A stretch of 64,000 nucleotides of DNA, taken from an uncultured Phycisphaerales bacterium (GTDB lineage: Bacteria; Planctomycetota; Phycisphaerae; Tepidisphaerales; Tepidisphaeraceae). The position numbers and the translations under genes were made by a program. The stretch covers positions 448,001-512,000 of the forward strand of contig CAVWLP010000003.1 of the NCBI GenBank assembly GCA_963755915.1, in the 5' to 3' direction. A model generated the notes under the pieces. The model did not search any database. It had not been told where the DNA came from and saw nothing but the letters and a program-made list of their open reading frames with translations. This document shows positions 62,471 through 64,000 of the stretch, piece by piece (the first letter of the stretch is position 1; the number at the start of each line of letters is the position of its first letter).

Positions 62471-64000
62471 TCAATGAAAATCCCTGGAGCGCAAGGAACA
62501 GTTGGAGACCAACTCGGTAAGGTCATGCAAGCGCACCGCCATGACGTGCTGCACCTGGCCCTGGCGTTCGACATAACCATCGGCTTGAAGCACGGAAGCA
62601 TTTCTCGCGGCGTTCCGGCAGCGGTCGTAAACGTCAGGCCGGATAATTAAATTCACGATGCCCGTCTCATCCTCCAGCGTTTCAAACACGATTCCCTTGG
62701 CGGTGCCAGGGCGCTGGCGAATGATGACCACACCGGCCACGCTCACCCATCTTCCGTGTGGGCGGTTCCATACCTCGGCGGCGGGAATCACCTTGCGGCG
62801 TGTCAATTCCGTTCGGATGAGCTGAACCGGATGGCCTTTGAGCGATAGGCCGGTCGTTCCGTAGTCGGCATGAATCTCCTGGCCCAAGTTCATCAGTGGA
62901 AGAGCTGGCGCGGCATTCTCGGCTGGCGGCATCGCCAGTGGCCCGCGCTCCTCTGGCAGCGCGAGCGTTTCCCACAATGCGACCCTGCGCAACCTGGGCA
63001 GCGCCGCGAAGGCGTCGGCCTCGGATAGTTTTGCAACGGCAGAAACCGGAAGCTCAGTCGCCGCATGGAATTCGTCGATTGAGCGAAACGGGCCGTGCTG
63101 ACCTCGGCGTTCGACAATTTGCTGCGCGTGGACTGCTTGCAGTCCCTTTATCATGCGGAAGCCAAGCCGTACGGCGGGACCACCGATCCCCCAAGTCCGT
63201 TTGTCCGCCGTGCGTACAGACGCCGGCGAATCGACTGCACTCTCCAAAGCGCAATCCCAATCGCTCCGATTCACCTCGATCGCTCGCACTTCGACCCCAT
63301 GCTCTCGTGCGTCTCGCACGATCTGCGCCGGCGCATAAAATCCCATCGGCTGACTGTTGAGCAGCGCGCAGCAGAAGGCCGCCGGGTGATACCGTTTAAT
63401 CCACGCGCTGGCGTAGACAAGCAGTGCGAAAGAAGCTGCGTGGCTTTCGGGGAAGCCGTATTCGCCAAAACCCTTGATCTGATTGAAGCAGCGCTCGGCG
63501 AAATCGCGCTCGTAGCCGTTGGCCAGCATTCCATCAATCATCTTCTGCTGAAACTTTTCAATGCTGCCCGCGTGCCGCCATGCGGCCATCGCGCGGCGTA
63601 ACTGGTCGGCTTCTCCGGCGGTAAATCCCGCCGCGACCATCGCCATCTTCATCGCTTGTTCCTGAAATAATGGAACACCGAGCGTCTTGCCAAGCACCGC
63701 CTCCAATTCGGGCTTGGGAAAACTCACTGGCTCGATCCCGTCGCGGCGGCGCAGATAAGGGTGAACCATATCACCCTGTATCGGCCCTGGTCTGACAATT
63801 GCGACCTCAATCACCAAATCATAAAACTTGTTGGGGCGCAGTCGCGGCAGCATGGACATTTGCGCCCGGCTCTCGATCTGAAAGACGCCGACGGTGTCGG
63901 CGTCACTGACCATCGCGTACACGCCGGGGTCTTCGGGCGGAATCGTATGAAGCTCAATCGGCGGCTGCGTCGGATGCGTGTCGTTGATGAGCTTCATTCC
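62471..64000 (-). CDS. dnaE2: Error-prone DNA polymerase DnaE2 (5'-partial)
   Basis: GVFQIESRAQM, RPGPIQG, YGFPESHA, QPMGFY, QRPGTAKG, C-terminal SRDFH. Confidence 0.95.
   Translation of the reverse strand, partial: GMKLINDTHPTQPPIELHTIPPEDPGVYAMVSDADTVGVFQIESRAQMSMLPRLRPNKFYDLVIEVAIVRPGPIQGDMVHPYLRRRDGIEPVSFPKPELEAVLGKTLGVPLFQEQAMKMAMVAAGFTAGEADQLRRAMAAWRHAGSIEKFQQKMIDGMLANGYERDFAERCFNQIKGFGEYGFPESHAASFALLVYASAWIKRYHPAAFCCALLNSQPMGFYAPAQIVRDAREHGVEVRAIEVNRSDWDCALESAVDSPASVRTADKRTWGIGGPAVRLGFRMIKGLQAVHAQQIVERRGQHGPFRSIDEFHAATELPVSAVAKLSEADAFAALPRLRRVALWETLALPEERGPLAMPPAENAAPALPLMNLGQEIHADYGTTGLSLKGHPVQLIRTELTRRKVIPAAEVWNRPHGRWVSVAGVVIIRQRPGTAKGIVFETLEDETGIVNLIIRPDVYDRCRNAARNASVLQADGYVERQGQVQHVMAVRLHDLTELVSNCSLRSRDFH

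Overview
GC-rich bacterial window, probably from a long-read assembly. Many single-base frameshifts sit at GCGC sites and are likely errors. The left part is a defence region: an IS21-disrupted ECF sigma pseudogene, a split SbcC/SbcD-like four-gene cluster, a type V-B CRISPR-Cas locus, and a large type IIG-like restriction-modification gene. The CRISPR locus has a 54-repeat array, tracrRNA, a ~1,560-aa Cas12b, cas2 interrupted by a second IS21 copy, and a cas4-cas1 fusion. The middle part is a conjugative element (ICE or plasmid): trbC-I, trbB, VirD4 coupling protein, relaxase, ParB, SSB, DUF932 and a large serine recombinase. The right part is cargo: a PAS hybrid kinase, SRAP, secreted proteins and a partial dnaE2. 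The main finding is a second, diverged copy of the Cas12b tracrRNA scaffold at 16349-16467 (+). It is fused in cis, through a hairpin, to the repeat 3' end (GACAC) and a guide. The first 10 nt of the guide match a TTT-PAM site inside its own promoter, which overlaps a divergent promoter facing cas12b. This looks like a natural single-guide RNA that makes Cas12b a transcriptional autoregulator. A structured RNA with mini-ORFs lies next to it and may be the regulated partner. Function is inferred from sequence only.
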